Of a stretch of DNA of 64,000 nt, positions 54,090-64,000 are shown piece by piece. Position 1 is the stretch's first letter. The number at the start of each line of letters is the position of its first letter. Origin of the DNA: Chara braunii (Eukaryota; Plantae; Charophyceae); the NCBI GenBank assembly GCA_003427395.1, contig BFEA01000002.1, positions 797,567-861,566 on the forward strand, given 5' to 3'. Under the pieces are notes generated by a model, which was given only the letters and a program-made list of their open reading frames with translations, searched no databases and was not told the origin of the DNA. A program made the position numbers and the translations under genes.

Positions 54090-54176
54090 CCCTAATCCCT
54101 GAGCCGATAATTTTGGGATTTGCATGGGTGCATGGCAACTTCTGACAATGCATACCGCAACGAATGGTGGATACAG

Positions 54177-54358
54177 GTCCATGTGGTGATGGATGCGATG
54201 AAGGAAAAAAGCCCTTCTGGCAAGCTTCCACTGCTGATGCTGCATAAACGGAGAGTGTATGGTGGACCTGGCGAGCAGGAAATGGCCAAAGCGGCGTTTC
54301 AGAGGTACAAGGATGCAAATGTGTTGTATCCAACTCCCACTGGCTCTAATGATGACTG
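54177..54358 (+). CDS. PRORP: PRORP exon 3 (NYN catalytic GSNDDW motif); gene continues beyond the window
   Basis: tacag|VHVVMDAMKEKSPSGKLPLLMLHKRRVYGGP...LYPTPTGSNDD-TG|gtgagt; the expected next exon (YWLYAA...) was not seen before 64000. Confidence 0.93.
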
Positions 54359-56018
54359 GTGAGTATCCATCCATTCATGTCCCCAAATCTGTTCTCTCCT
54401 TCCTCCCTCCCTTCCTCCCTCCCTCCCGCCCTCCCTCCTTCCCTCCCATCCCATCCCCATCCCATTCCATCACATCCATCCATCTGTTATTTTGATGCTC
54501 ACAAGCAGAATTGTGAGCTCTACACTGTGTCATTCAGTTTCGGTAGGGCAGCACAAGGAGTTTCACATCAGGCTGGGCAGGGTGATTATCATTTCAATGG
54601 GCTTGGTGTTCCGTGTATGATGAGCATATAGTCACTGAGTCCCAGCCCTCTCGTGTCAATTGGATGTAGCTGGCAGAGAGCGTGGAGGTGTGAGCTGTGT
54701 CTAGGTGTTCACGTGATGCTGTGTGGAAGTTGTTCTCATGGGGTCTCTGCACGGAGGTGGGAGACAGTCCCCCAGCTCCCGTGAAGGCTGCATGGGATTT
54801 AGTGCAGAGTGTGGATGCACTGAAGGCTTCTATGCCTGGGTGTAGTTGCTGTAGTGTCAGGTGTGCTGTTGGTTTGCCTTCTCAGCTGTGCGTTCTGATG
54901 TGCGTTTTTCTCCGGTGTTCTGCCCTGATATGCATCAGTGCAGGGCTGAAATCTGTTTTTTTGGTGTTTAACCGATTTCAGTTGTGAGTCTTGCGATTTA
55001 TTTTCGTGTTTTTGATTCACGGGCGTTTCCGGGAATGCCCCGGTTTTTAGCTGGCTTTGTGCCAGTGGGTGTATGTGATCTCTGAAGCAGGTTTTGCAGA
55101 ATCATCGATCTAGCTGGGTTACCAACTTGGGCCATATGAGCCACCTTGACTGCCCAGGCGGCCTGGCCGCTTAAGGGCAAGATCGCTGCAAGAAAAAAAA
55201 ACAAAAAAACTCAAATAGTTCTGAAAAATAAACTATATTATGCAGAATAAAAACTAAACAACGTTTGCCTCGGGGTCACACCAAGATTCTCTTGTAACGG
55301 GATACCTTGCCTGCCCAGGCGGTCCCTGCAAGAAGGGGAGAAAAAATCAAAGAGTTCTGAAAAATGAACTGTGTTATGCAGAATAATAACTGAAATTTTG
55401 CCTCAGCGTCGCATGAAAATTCTCTTGCAAATTGAAAAAAAAAAAAATAATAATACGATTTCTGTTTTTTCCCCTCTGGGCCCGGCCGACCAAGTTGTCC
55501 CTGGCGCTTTTGTTGGCCTGGGGATCTAGTCTTTTATTCACTCCAGTTTGCAATTTGAATATTGCTCTAGAAAGAAAACCACAAGCATTGCGTTCATGGC
55601 CGTGGATGCAGTTTAGTGGATGTGTTTGTGAGGGTTACGATGGCGTGATATAACAGTGGGTAGAGCGGAAAACTCTCTGGTGTGACGAATGCATGTGTGC
55701 TGTTTCGTCATGGCTCTTTAGGTGCTTTCTGTCTTATGCCATGAGTACCTGGGAGGACTTCCTTTTCCCACACGGTGGGGACAATAGGCCTGGCTTTCCC
55801 CCTCCCAGTTCGACAGAAGATGCTATTCTGCTGGGTCTCGCAGGTAGTGGTGGTGTAATGCTGACGTCACAGTTGCTGTTTTTTTTCTGTCAAGTTGTCG
55901 ACTGCCTTCTGGTGCGAAAACTTTCCCACTGGGTAATGTAAATAGATTGGCTCAGTGGCTGGTGTTCTGAAACTGAAAACTAAGCATGCAGCAGCAGTAG
56001 TTCACATAACCCATATGG

Positions 56019-56256
56019 TTCAGCCTCCTGATGAGTCGGTGAAATTCCGATGGAACAGTTTGTCACAGCCCCTCGTTTGTTGTCTTCTTGTCCCTCTCTG
56101 CCTAAGGTTTACTGGGCAGCTCTGTTTGACGATATATATATCGTCACAAATAGAACTGCCCGGTAAACCGTAGGCAGAGAGAGAGAAGAGGACAACAAAC
56201 GAGGGGCTGTGACAAACTGTTTCGTCGGAGTTTCACCGACTCATCAGGAGGCTGAA
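56019..56256. mobile_element. Foldback element copy 2, with hammerhead-like core
   Basis: Homologous to 53544-53783; right arm on the minus strand reads CTGATGA-GTCGG-tgaaact-CCGAC-GAAAC. Confidence 0.85.
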
Positions 56257-56627
56257 TATAAAAATATNNNNNNNNNNNNNNNNNNNNNNNNNNNNNNNNN
56301 NNNNNNNNNNNNNNNNNNNNNNNNNNNNNNNNNNNNNNNNNNNNNNNNNNNNNNNNNNNNNNNNNNNNNNNNNNNNNNNNNNNNNNNNNNNNNNNNNNNN
56401 NNNNNNNNNNNNNNNNNNNNNNNNNNNNNNNNNNNNNNNNNNNNNNNNNNNNNNNNNNNNNNNNNNNNNNNNNNNNNNNNNNNNNNNNNNNNNNNNNNNN
56501 NNNNNNNNNNNNNNNNNNNNNNNNNNNNNNNNNNNNNAGAGACCATTCAGAGTTGTATTCTGCTTGGCCTGGATGTGTGTGGATGAACTCGTTGACAGAT
56601 GTGCCATTTCTGATCACAGTCACCTCT

Positions 56628-56885
56628 GGTCTGTGTAGCTCAGTTGGTTAGAGCACCTGTCTCATGAGCAGGAGGTTCCGGGTTCCTCCTTCTGGCTCTA
56701 CCTTCGTCATAAGTTCATTGCAAAAGAGATGAGCTTTGAGGAGGAGGACGAACACACAACAGCCACGGCATGATTGCACTCTGCTTGGCGAACGAGTCTC
56801 TATTCAGGTGAGTGACTCACAGACTCAGCTGGATGGAGACTGGCTCATGAGCGGGAGGTCCTGGGTTCAATTCCCAGCACAGATC
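56628..56885 (+). pseudogene. Two tandem tRNA-like modules (CAT in anticodon position; tRNA pseudogene or SINE head)
   Basis: Copy 1 has GTCTGTG-TA-GCTC-agttggtta-GAGC-a-CCTGT-ctCATga-GCAGG and a broken T arm; copy 2 has AGGTC-CTGGG-ttcaatt-CCCAG-CACAGAT and a broken D arm. Confidence 0.7.
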
Positions 56886-58189
56886 TTTTCAATCCCTCTT
56901 CACGTGAGCTTCTCCAGATCCTCTGATTTTCAAGGCATTGAAAGCTACTTTTTTCAAAATGCACTTTCGGCCTGGACAATCGAGCCTTCGACTTGACTGT
57001 CGATGTATGCAGCCATTGGATATGGGTCAAGCTTTACTTATATCATCATAATCAAAATCAAGTATAAATGACCACCGCTTCACTGTCCTTCGCATGCAAA
57101 TCCCACTGTCCCCCAGCTCCATCAACCCATTGTGCCCTGTAATTGGTTATCAGAGGACGAAAACCAATGCAATCCTGTGATGTATTTGGCAGTTTGTGCT
57201 TTGCCTCCATAAAAACGAGCTTTGAACTATCCTTGCAGAAAGTTAGGCATGCTCACTGCAGATCTCCTCATAGTATTTGAATCCTTGCAGTATTGAGAGG
57301 GGCTGTGGTCTCTCTGTCTCCATTTGTTCAGTGGGCCACATGTCTTCTATTAGCTGTGCAGTAAATTGAGTTTCACCAAGATGAAGACAATCCACAAAAA
57401 AACAGGAAGGGAAAAAGAAAAACGGGACAAGGACGCTCATGTTCTGCCTCTGAAGTTTAATTGGGCAATGGAACGTTTGGGAGCTATCAGCCAGGCACCA
57501 ACTTCAGTTTCGGGGAGATAAATGCGAGGGTTTGATTCCTCGGCATAACCGCATAAGGCCCTGCATCAGGCACGTGCCCGCCCTAAGTGAAGGCGGACCC
57601 CTGAACTCGTCATTTTTTTGCAAATCTTGGTCGGCGCCAGACAGTTGCCACGCGCCAGTTGGTTACATCCGCGTTGCTCGTGAGAATCCGAAATATTTGT
57701 GAGCCTTCCAGCTCTTCCGGCGCATGGTGTAATCAGGGAGCACCCCACGTTTGCACCTGGGTGGTTGGACATGCCTAACCAATTTGGCCCCAGGCCACTG
57801 TCGGAACGGGCCTGGGCGCAGACACTTTGCTGAGACTGAAGCTACTGGAAATTCGGTCTCACGTAGGAAGTGAGGCAAAGCGCCCCCCCTTTCCATATAG
57901 GAAGGGCAGGGAGCCGGGGAAGAGATCGGGCACTTGCAAGTTGCGGGATGCAGCGCTACTGGAGCAATTGCTCGCAGGCTGCTTGCTGCGGTAGCACAGG
58001 TGCTGCGAGCACGCGCGGATGTGCAGGGTGCAGGGCGCTGCTGAGGGCAGTGCCATAGCCAGCCCCCATAGTTGGGCTTGGCTTGGACTTAGTCCTAGGG
58101 CGGTGGTGATCTATGTGCAGGAAAGAGAAGATGTGGGTGAGATAAGACGAGCGAGAGCGAGTGAGAGAGATGAGGATGATGATGTGAGG

Positions 58190-58490
58190 GCATGTACCTG
58201 GTCTTGGCGATGGTCTACAAGGTCGACATCTTCATGCACTTTGGTTGTTGCTGCTGACCTCAATGGGATGCATTGTCAATTCGTAGGCTGTTTGTAGCTG
58301 TGTAGTAGTAGTCTGGGCGCTAGCGCCAAGTAAGAGGAAGGGATCTGGATACATATGTTGGTGGTGGCGAGAGTATGCTCTCATTGACATCGGATTCAGT
58401 ACTTTGGTTCTCCATTGGTGGAATATCAGTGCATTTCTGCTTTCTGTACAGCGTTGGACTTTCTGGCCTTCAATGTGAATTTGCATTGTG
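58190..58490 (-). repeat. Diverged copy of the exon-like module seen at 8600, 10957 and 24830
   Basis: gtagtctgggcgctagcgcca, gtacctggtcttggc and ttctccattggt blocks are shared. Confidence 0.65.
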
Positions 58491-58976
58491 GATTTCTGTC
58501 ATTCCCCTATCGCTAATTTTCCTTACATAAATGGCAAGCACAAACAAAAAGGGAACATGACGTTTTGGCAGTTCTGGCTTTAGAAGATAACAAGTGGACC
58601 TGCCGCAGCCACGCTGCGGCGAAGGACGATGACAAAAACATTTTGCGAAACACCCCGGACATCGGTTGGACCCCATCTTTGCAATGTACCCCTATCGGAC
58701 ACCATCCAACTTTGCAAAATGCCCCGGTAGTTGCCAACTTTTCGTAGGTGCAATTGCAAAAGGCCAAGGCCCAAACGGGGAGGCTGACATTGCGAATTTG
58801 CACACGCGGCTGACAGGGGCATGACACAGAGTCAGCCCAAAAGGCCATTCCACTGTACCGAGATCTTTCAGGGACATTTTGAAATACATCTCAACTTATG
58901 GGGGTATTTGGCAAATTACCACCGCCCCAAAAAAGGCCGATGGCATCTTTTCAACATTTGGAGGAAGATATGCCAG

Positions 58977-59022
<46 letters not shown>

Positions 59023-59039
59023 TGCGCGCGCACGCACAT

Positions 59040-60780
59040 ACTTCCTCCCCCTTGTGTGACCTCCTCTCCCTAGTGCGACCTCCTTGCCTCCCTGGTGGCC
59101 CCCTCCTCCCGCTCACACGAACTCCTGCCCCTAGCGTGACCTCCCCCTCCCACTGGTGCGACCTCCTCCTCCCGCTCCCGCACGACCTCCTGCAACCTTT
59201 CATTCCAGCATGCGACCTGCTCCTACCCCTCCCATGACCTCCTCCTCCCCTGTGCACAACCCACTCCTCCCCCTCGTCGGACCTCCTCCTCCCCCTCGCC
59301 CAACTTCCTCCTCCCCTTCACGGGACCTCCTTCTCGTCCTTGCGCAACCTGCTTTTCCCCCTTGCACAACGTCTTTCGACCTCCTCCTCCCCGTCACGCG
59401 ACGTTCTCCCACCTCTCTTTTGACCTCCTCTAGCTCCTCCTCCTCCTTGTGCGACCTCCTCCTCACCTCTCACGTGTCCTCTTCCGACCTCCTCATCCCA
59501 CTCGCGCGACCTCCTTCGACCTCCCTTCGGACCTCCGCACGACCTCCTTCCATCTCCCTTCCAACCTCCGCACGACCTCCTACAACCTCTCGTCCTCCTT
59601 GTGCGACCTGCTCGTCTCCCTCGCACTACCTCCTCCTCCCCCTTGCACGACCCACTCCTCCCCCTCTTTCGACCTCCTCTTTCGACCTCCTCCTCTCCCT
59701 TGTGCGACCTCCTTCTAGGCTCCTCCCCCTCTTGCGACCTCCTGCTCGTCCTTGCACGACCCGCTCCTCCCCTTCACACATCGTCTTCCAACCTCCTCCT
59801 CCCCTCGCGCGACCTCCTCCTACCCCTCGCGCGCCCCCCTTCTCCCCCTCGTGCGACTTCCTCCCCCTCTTCTNACCTCTCCCTTGCGTGACCTCTTCCT
59901 CCCCCTCACACGTCCTCCTAATCCTTGTACGACCTCCTCCCCCTCACGCGTCCTCCACCCACCTCCTCATCCCTCTCGCACGACCTCCTCCTCCTCCTCC
60001 CCCTCGCGCGACCTCTTCCTCCTTCTCTCCCTCGCGCGGCCTCCTCCTACCCCTCGCGCGACCTCCTCCTGCCCCTCGCGTGCCCCCCTTCTCCCCTCGC
60101 GCGACTTCCTCCCCCTCTTCTGACCTCTCCCTTGCTCGACCTCTTCCTCCCCCTCACACAACGTCCTCCTAATCCTTGTGCGACCTCCTCCCCCTCACGC
60201 GTCCTCCACCCACCTTCTCATCCCCATCGCACGACCTCCTCCTCCTTGTCGCGATGTCTGCTTCCCTCTCGCATGACCTCCTCCCACCTCTCTTCCGACC
60301 TCCTCCTCCTTGTCGCGACGTCCGCTTCCCCCTCGCACAACCTCCTCCTCATTGTGCGACCTCCTCATCCCCCTCGTTCCGACCTCTTCCTCCCCTTTGC
60401 GCGATGTCCTCCTCCCCCTGGCAACCTCCTCCCTACATCCTCTCCCCTCCTCCATGAATTCTCGTCGTCTGCCATGCTTATCGTCCTCCTCCTTTTCGTC
60501 CCTCTTTCTCCGTTTGTTCCATCCTCCTCCTCTTTCCTCCATTCTCATCGTCCCCTCGCTCCTCCTGTTTTTCGTTGTTCCTCCTCGTCCTCGCTGCTCC
60601 TCATGCTGCCTCCTTTGTTTCGATCTGCCCAAACATGCTTCTCCCTCTTCATCCTCCCTCTTTCTCCCACCCTTCCTGCTCTGAGCGCACACGTGCCAAA
60701 TGCCCCAAATGTCTTTCTCCCTCTTCCTCCTCCCTCCTCTTGCGTTGATCCTCCCTCCTCCATCACATCTTTCCATCGCT
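59040..60780. repeat. Pyrimidine-rich degenerate tandem repeat (gcgacctcctcctcccc)
   Basis: Dozens of cgacctcct units with a higher-order duplication. Confidence 0.9.
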
Positions 60781-61759
60781 GCCCTTTTCCATATCGACGC
60801 GGCCCCCGCCCGGCACCACAGACTGGCGGGAAACAGAACTGAATGGGGGGGTTGAAAGNAAAACTGTGGCAGCGGGGAACGGGACTTTGTGTCCTCCCGA
60901 CACTGCAGAGCGGGGCGTGTCGCGTGGAACCGCCACACTGAATTTCCCTCACTCCCGCCCACAGTCCTGCCACGAAACGCCGCGGCCGATTTACCTTGCC
61001 CCAGTCCCGCCCGCCTCCACACTGAAGTTCGCTGAGCCCAGCGGGAAGCGTCACGCTGGCCCCTTTGCATTCTTTAAGAGCATTGGGATAATAATGGGGC
61101 AGGAAGAGCCCACCTGACCCTCTTTTTGCCAGTTACATGCTACTCCACAATGTGGTTCATGTGATTATTCATATTGGAAAACTGCTGGTATCTTCAATGA
61201 ACATCCACTTCACCAGGCGGTGTTGGAGAATTGGTTTGTGGGAAAGGAGCCAACATTATAGGACCCCTCGAGTATCCTCAATGAACATCCACTGCACTAG
61301 GCAGGAAGAGGGAGCCTACATTATACGACCCCTCTCCACTGCATCAGGCGGTTTTGGAGAGTTTGAGTGGAGATAAGAGGGGCGGTATAGTGTTGGCTCC
61401 TGCTTCCCAAAATACACTGCCCCCAGCATTATGACTGTATGTGGAGTGGAATAGGGTTTATACACGTTCATGATGATGAGGCGTTATGTTGGGTCGAAAA
61501 ACTAGTGGATCATGGTGGTGAGACGAGGGATTCGGAGTTGTGATCCGGGAGGAAAGGCTGTGATTTAGCTCCTTGGCGTGTTTGGCAAGTCCTCAATTAG
61601 ACCTTAGTTCAGGGGTTTCAGGTGGGTTGGGGGGGGGGGTCGGGGGGTCAGGGGGTTTNNGGGGNGGGGGGGGGGGGGTGGCGGTTAAGAAGATGATGAT
61701 GATTGGTCGTCGAGGATGGCGGCCAGGGGGTGAGGAACTACGGCGAGAAGAAGAAGGGA

Positions 61760-62660
61760 TACTCAAGAAGAAGAAGAAGAAGAAGAAGGATGATGGTGGA
61801 GGATGGCGGACAGGGGTGACAAACGATGCCGAGAAGAAGAAGAAGAACAAGAACAAGAAGAAGCAGCAGAAGAAGAAGAAGAAGAAGAAGAAGAAGAAGA
61901 AGAAGAAGATGTGTGGTGGGAGATGGCGGGCAGGGGTCACTCTATGCGAAGTACGGGGAAACGGTCACCGTGGGGGAAGGTCGAAAACGGGGCCCCACGT
62001 GCGCCTACATAGGACAGAGTGGACAAAAGAGAAATGGATATGGTGGTCGGGGATGGCAGGCAGGGGGGCACGGAATGGTGACCGAGAAAAAAAAGAATAA
62101 GAAGCAGAGGAGGAGAACACGAAGTAGAAGAAGCGGAGGAGGAGACGAAGAAGAAGAAGAAGAAGAAGAAGAAGAAGAAGAAGAAGAAGAAGAAGGGTGG
62201 TGAACGATGGCTGGCAGGGGGGCACGAAACGCGGGTGAAGAAAAGAAGAAGAAGAAGATCTTCTTCCCGGTGAAGGGGGAGAAGAAAAATAAGAAGAGGA
62301 AAAATAATAATAATAATAATAAGAAGATCTTCTTCTTCCTGGTGAAGGGGGAGAAGACGAAGAAGAAGAAGAAGAAGAAGAAGAAGAAGAAGAAGAAGAA
62401 GAAGAAGAAGAAGACGGCTTGTGGAGGATGGCGGGAAGGGGGCTCGAAACAGGGGCGAAGAAGAAGAAAAACAATAAGCAAAGAAGAAGAAAAACAATAA
62501 GCAAAGAAGAAGAAGAAGAAGAAGAAGAAGAAGAAGAAGAAGAAGCAAAGAAGAAAAAGAAGTGAAGTGAAGAAGAAGTGAAGAAGAAGAAGAAGAAGAA
62601 GAAGAAGAAGAAGAAGAAGAAGAAGAAACGAAGAATAATAATAATAAAATAATAAGAAGA
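61760..62660. repeat. (GAA)n-rich low-complexity region
   Basis: Direct reading. Confidence 0.95.
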
Positions 62661-64000
62661 TGGGTGGTGAAGGGAACGGGGGCCAGTAGGCTCGCCCTCA
62701 CCGAATTCAAATTGTGGCCCATTTGGGCCGTTGATCTTTGATCTGAAATCGGTGAAATTGGGCCTACCAGACCCGATTTTTTTTTTTCTGGCCTTGACAG
62801 CCTTCTGTGGGGGCAAAAAGGCCCCCTGCGCTAAAAGCCGTCGGACTCCCCCCCCCTCCCTCTTCTCCGATGTCCTGGGGTCACCCGGTCGCCAGCCGGG
62901 CAGGACAACCGCTAAGGCCCCCCCTCCTCCCCCCGGGCGACGACCAGGTTGCTGGACAGCCCGGGGACCAGCGTAGGTTTATAGCCATGGCCCCTTAGCA
63001 AGGACCTATCTGAACCTTGTACATCCTCACAAAGGTATACTGCTTCGGAAGGCAGCGGAGGTGCAATGGAGATAAGACTGCTGGAGTGAGACTCACATTG
63101 CATGCAAACATATTCTGCGCACACTGTGGGTGTGTGTACTATGCTGGAATGATTCTCACATGGCATTCAAACATAGTCTGGGCAACAATGTGGGTGTCTG
63201 TACTCGGCGCTGGCAGCTTGTAGGACTGCCTGCCTGTTCTGCATCCAGCTGAAGTGTATGAGTTTGGTGCTGTGCCTTAGTGTTGGCTTGCTTTTAGTGA
63301 TGTTTCATGTGATGCATTTGCCTGTTGTGTCGGGGCTGAGTGGCGCAACCTCCAGATCTCTCATAAGGCTGTGGCCAGAAGTGGCCTTGTCAGGAGTACC
63401 CTTTGAATAATCCTTGCATAGACCGGCTTCCTGCTGTTGCATTTATTGGATCGGGGTGGGGTGGGGTGGTACGGTGGGGTGTTGGGTTGGGTGTGGGGGT
63501 CAGGGGGGTGTAATCCTTCCGTACAATGATACTCTCCGTTCCTGAAGACCTGAGCAGGCGGCGTACCTGTGTGCCTCATCGTCATCCCCTCTGATGGCCC
63601 TGGCTCATTTTCATCTACGGTTAAGTACTCTGATGAAGAGATAGGCAACTAGATTCTTGGTCTCGATGTATGTTGGGTCAGATATGAGGATGATTGCAGT
63701 ACATCTGCGCATTACACTTTCGGCCGAATTTGCGTCGAAGTATGTACTCGGCCACGTACACCTGATGAAGGACATAAAAACCATTCTCTCAGGTCGGTGG
63801 ATGTCTTTTATGTTGCCTTCTGTAACCCTCCAGGTTCTTAATATAATATTAGTCTCTTCTTGGGCTGACAGCCACCTCTCATACCATGCTCTATAACACG
63901 TTGCTTTTGCAGGTCCGTGGGAGTCAGCCCAGTAGAGAGAGCTTATTAGGGGTGTTGTGGAAGTTGGAAACGGGGCGGGTTCTCTTGTTTTCCATCTTCT

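Noticed and set aside
56628-56885. Functional intron-containing tRNA-Met gene
   Set aside because: The implied ~185-nt intron is far longer than plant tRNA introns, it contains a duplicate of the tRNA body, and the sequence does not resemble plant tRNA-Met.
59156-62816. Long Pro/Ser/Lys/Phe-rich ORFs
   Set aside because: They are products of stop-poor low-complexity repeats.
63000-63900. Cys/His-rich or LINE-like coding remnants on the minus strand
   Set aside because: No diagnostic motif could be read with confidence.
63900-64000. Candidate PRORP exon 4 after ttgcttttgcag
   Set aside because: It translates as (W)SVGV..., not the conserved YWLYAA.

Overview
Repeat-rich eukaryotic DNA, most likely from a streptophyte alga such as Chara (inferred from the transposon types, large introns and gene content, not from a search). 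It holds one recognisable host gene: a protein-only RNase P (PRORP) on the + strand. Exons 1-3 lie at 40158-42788, 49057-49155 and 54177-54358, and the remaining exons appear to lie beyond the window. The first 40 kb is a nest of transposons. It includes Ty3/Gypsy gag and LTR remnants with arrays of short covarying hairpins, and a chromovirus pol whose chromodomain is split by an 8.3 kb partial-tandem Penelope-like element (9-bp TSD, GIY-YIG upstream of RT, extra ORF1). It also includes two decayed DIRS-type elements (one with an antisense tyrosine recombinase and an adjacent GATC-rich satellite), L1 fragments and MITEs. The most unusual area surrounds PRORP exon 3. Two foldback elements with hammerhead-ribozyme-like cores bracket the exon. 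A 23-nt exact U6 snRNA ACAGAGA-box segment lies just upstream of its atypical 3' splice site. Two complementary tRNA-like modules lie in sense orientation in the next intron. All calls come from reading the sequence by eye; no searches or folding programs were run.
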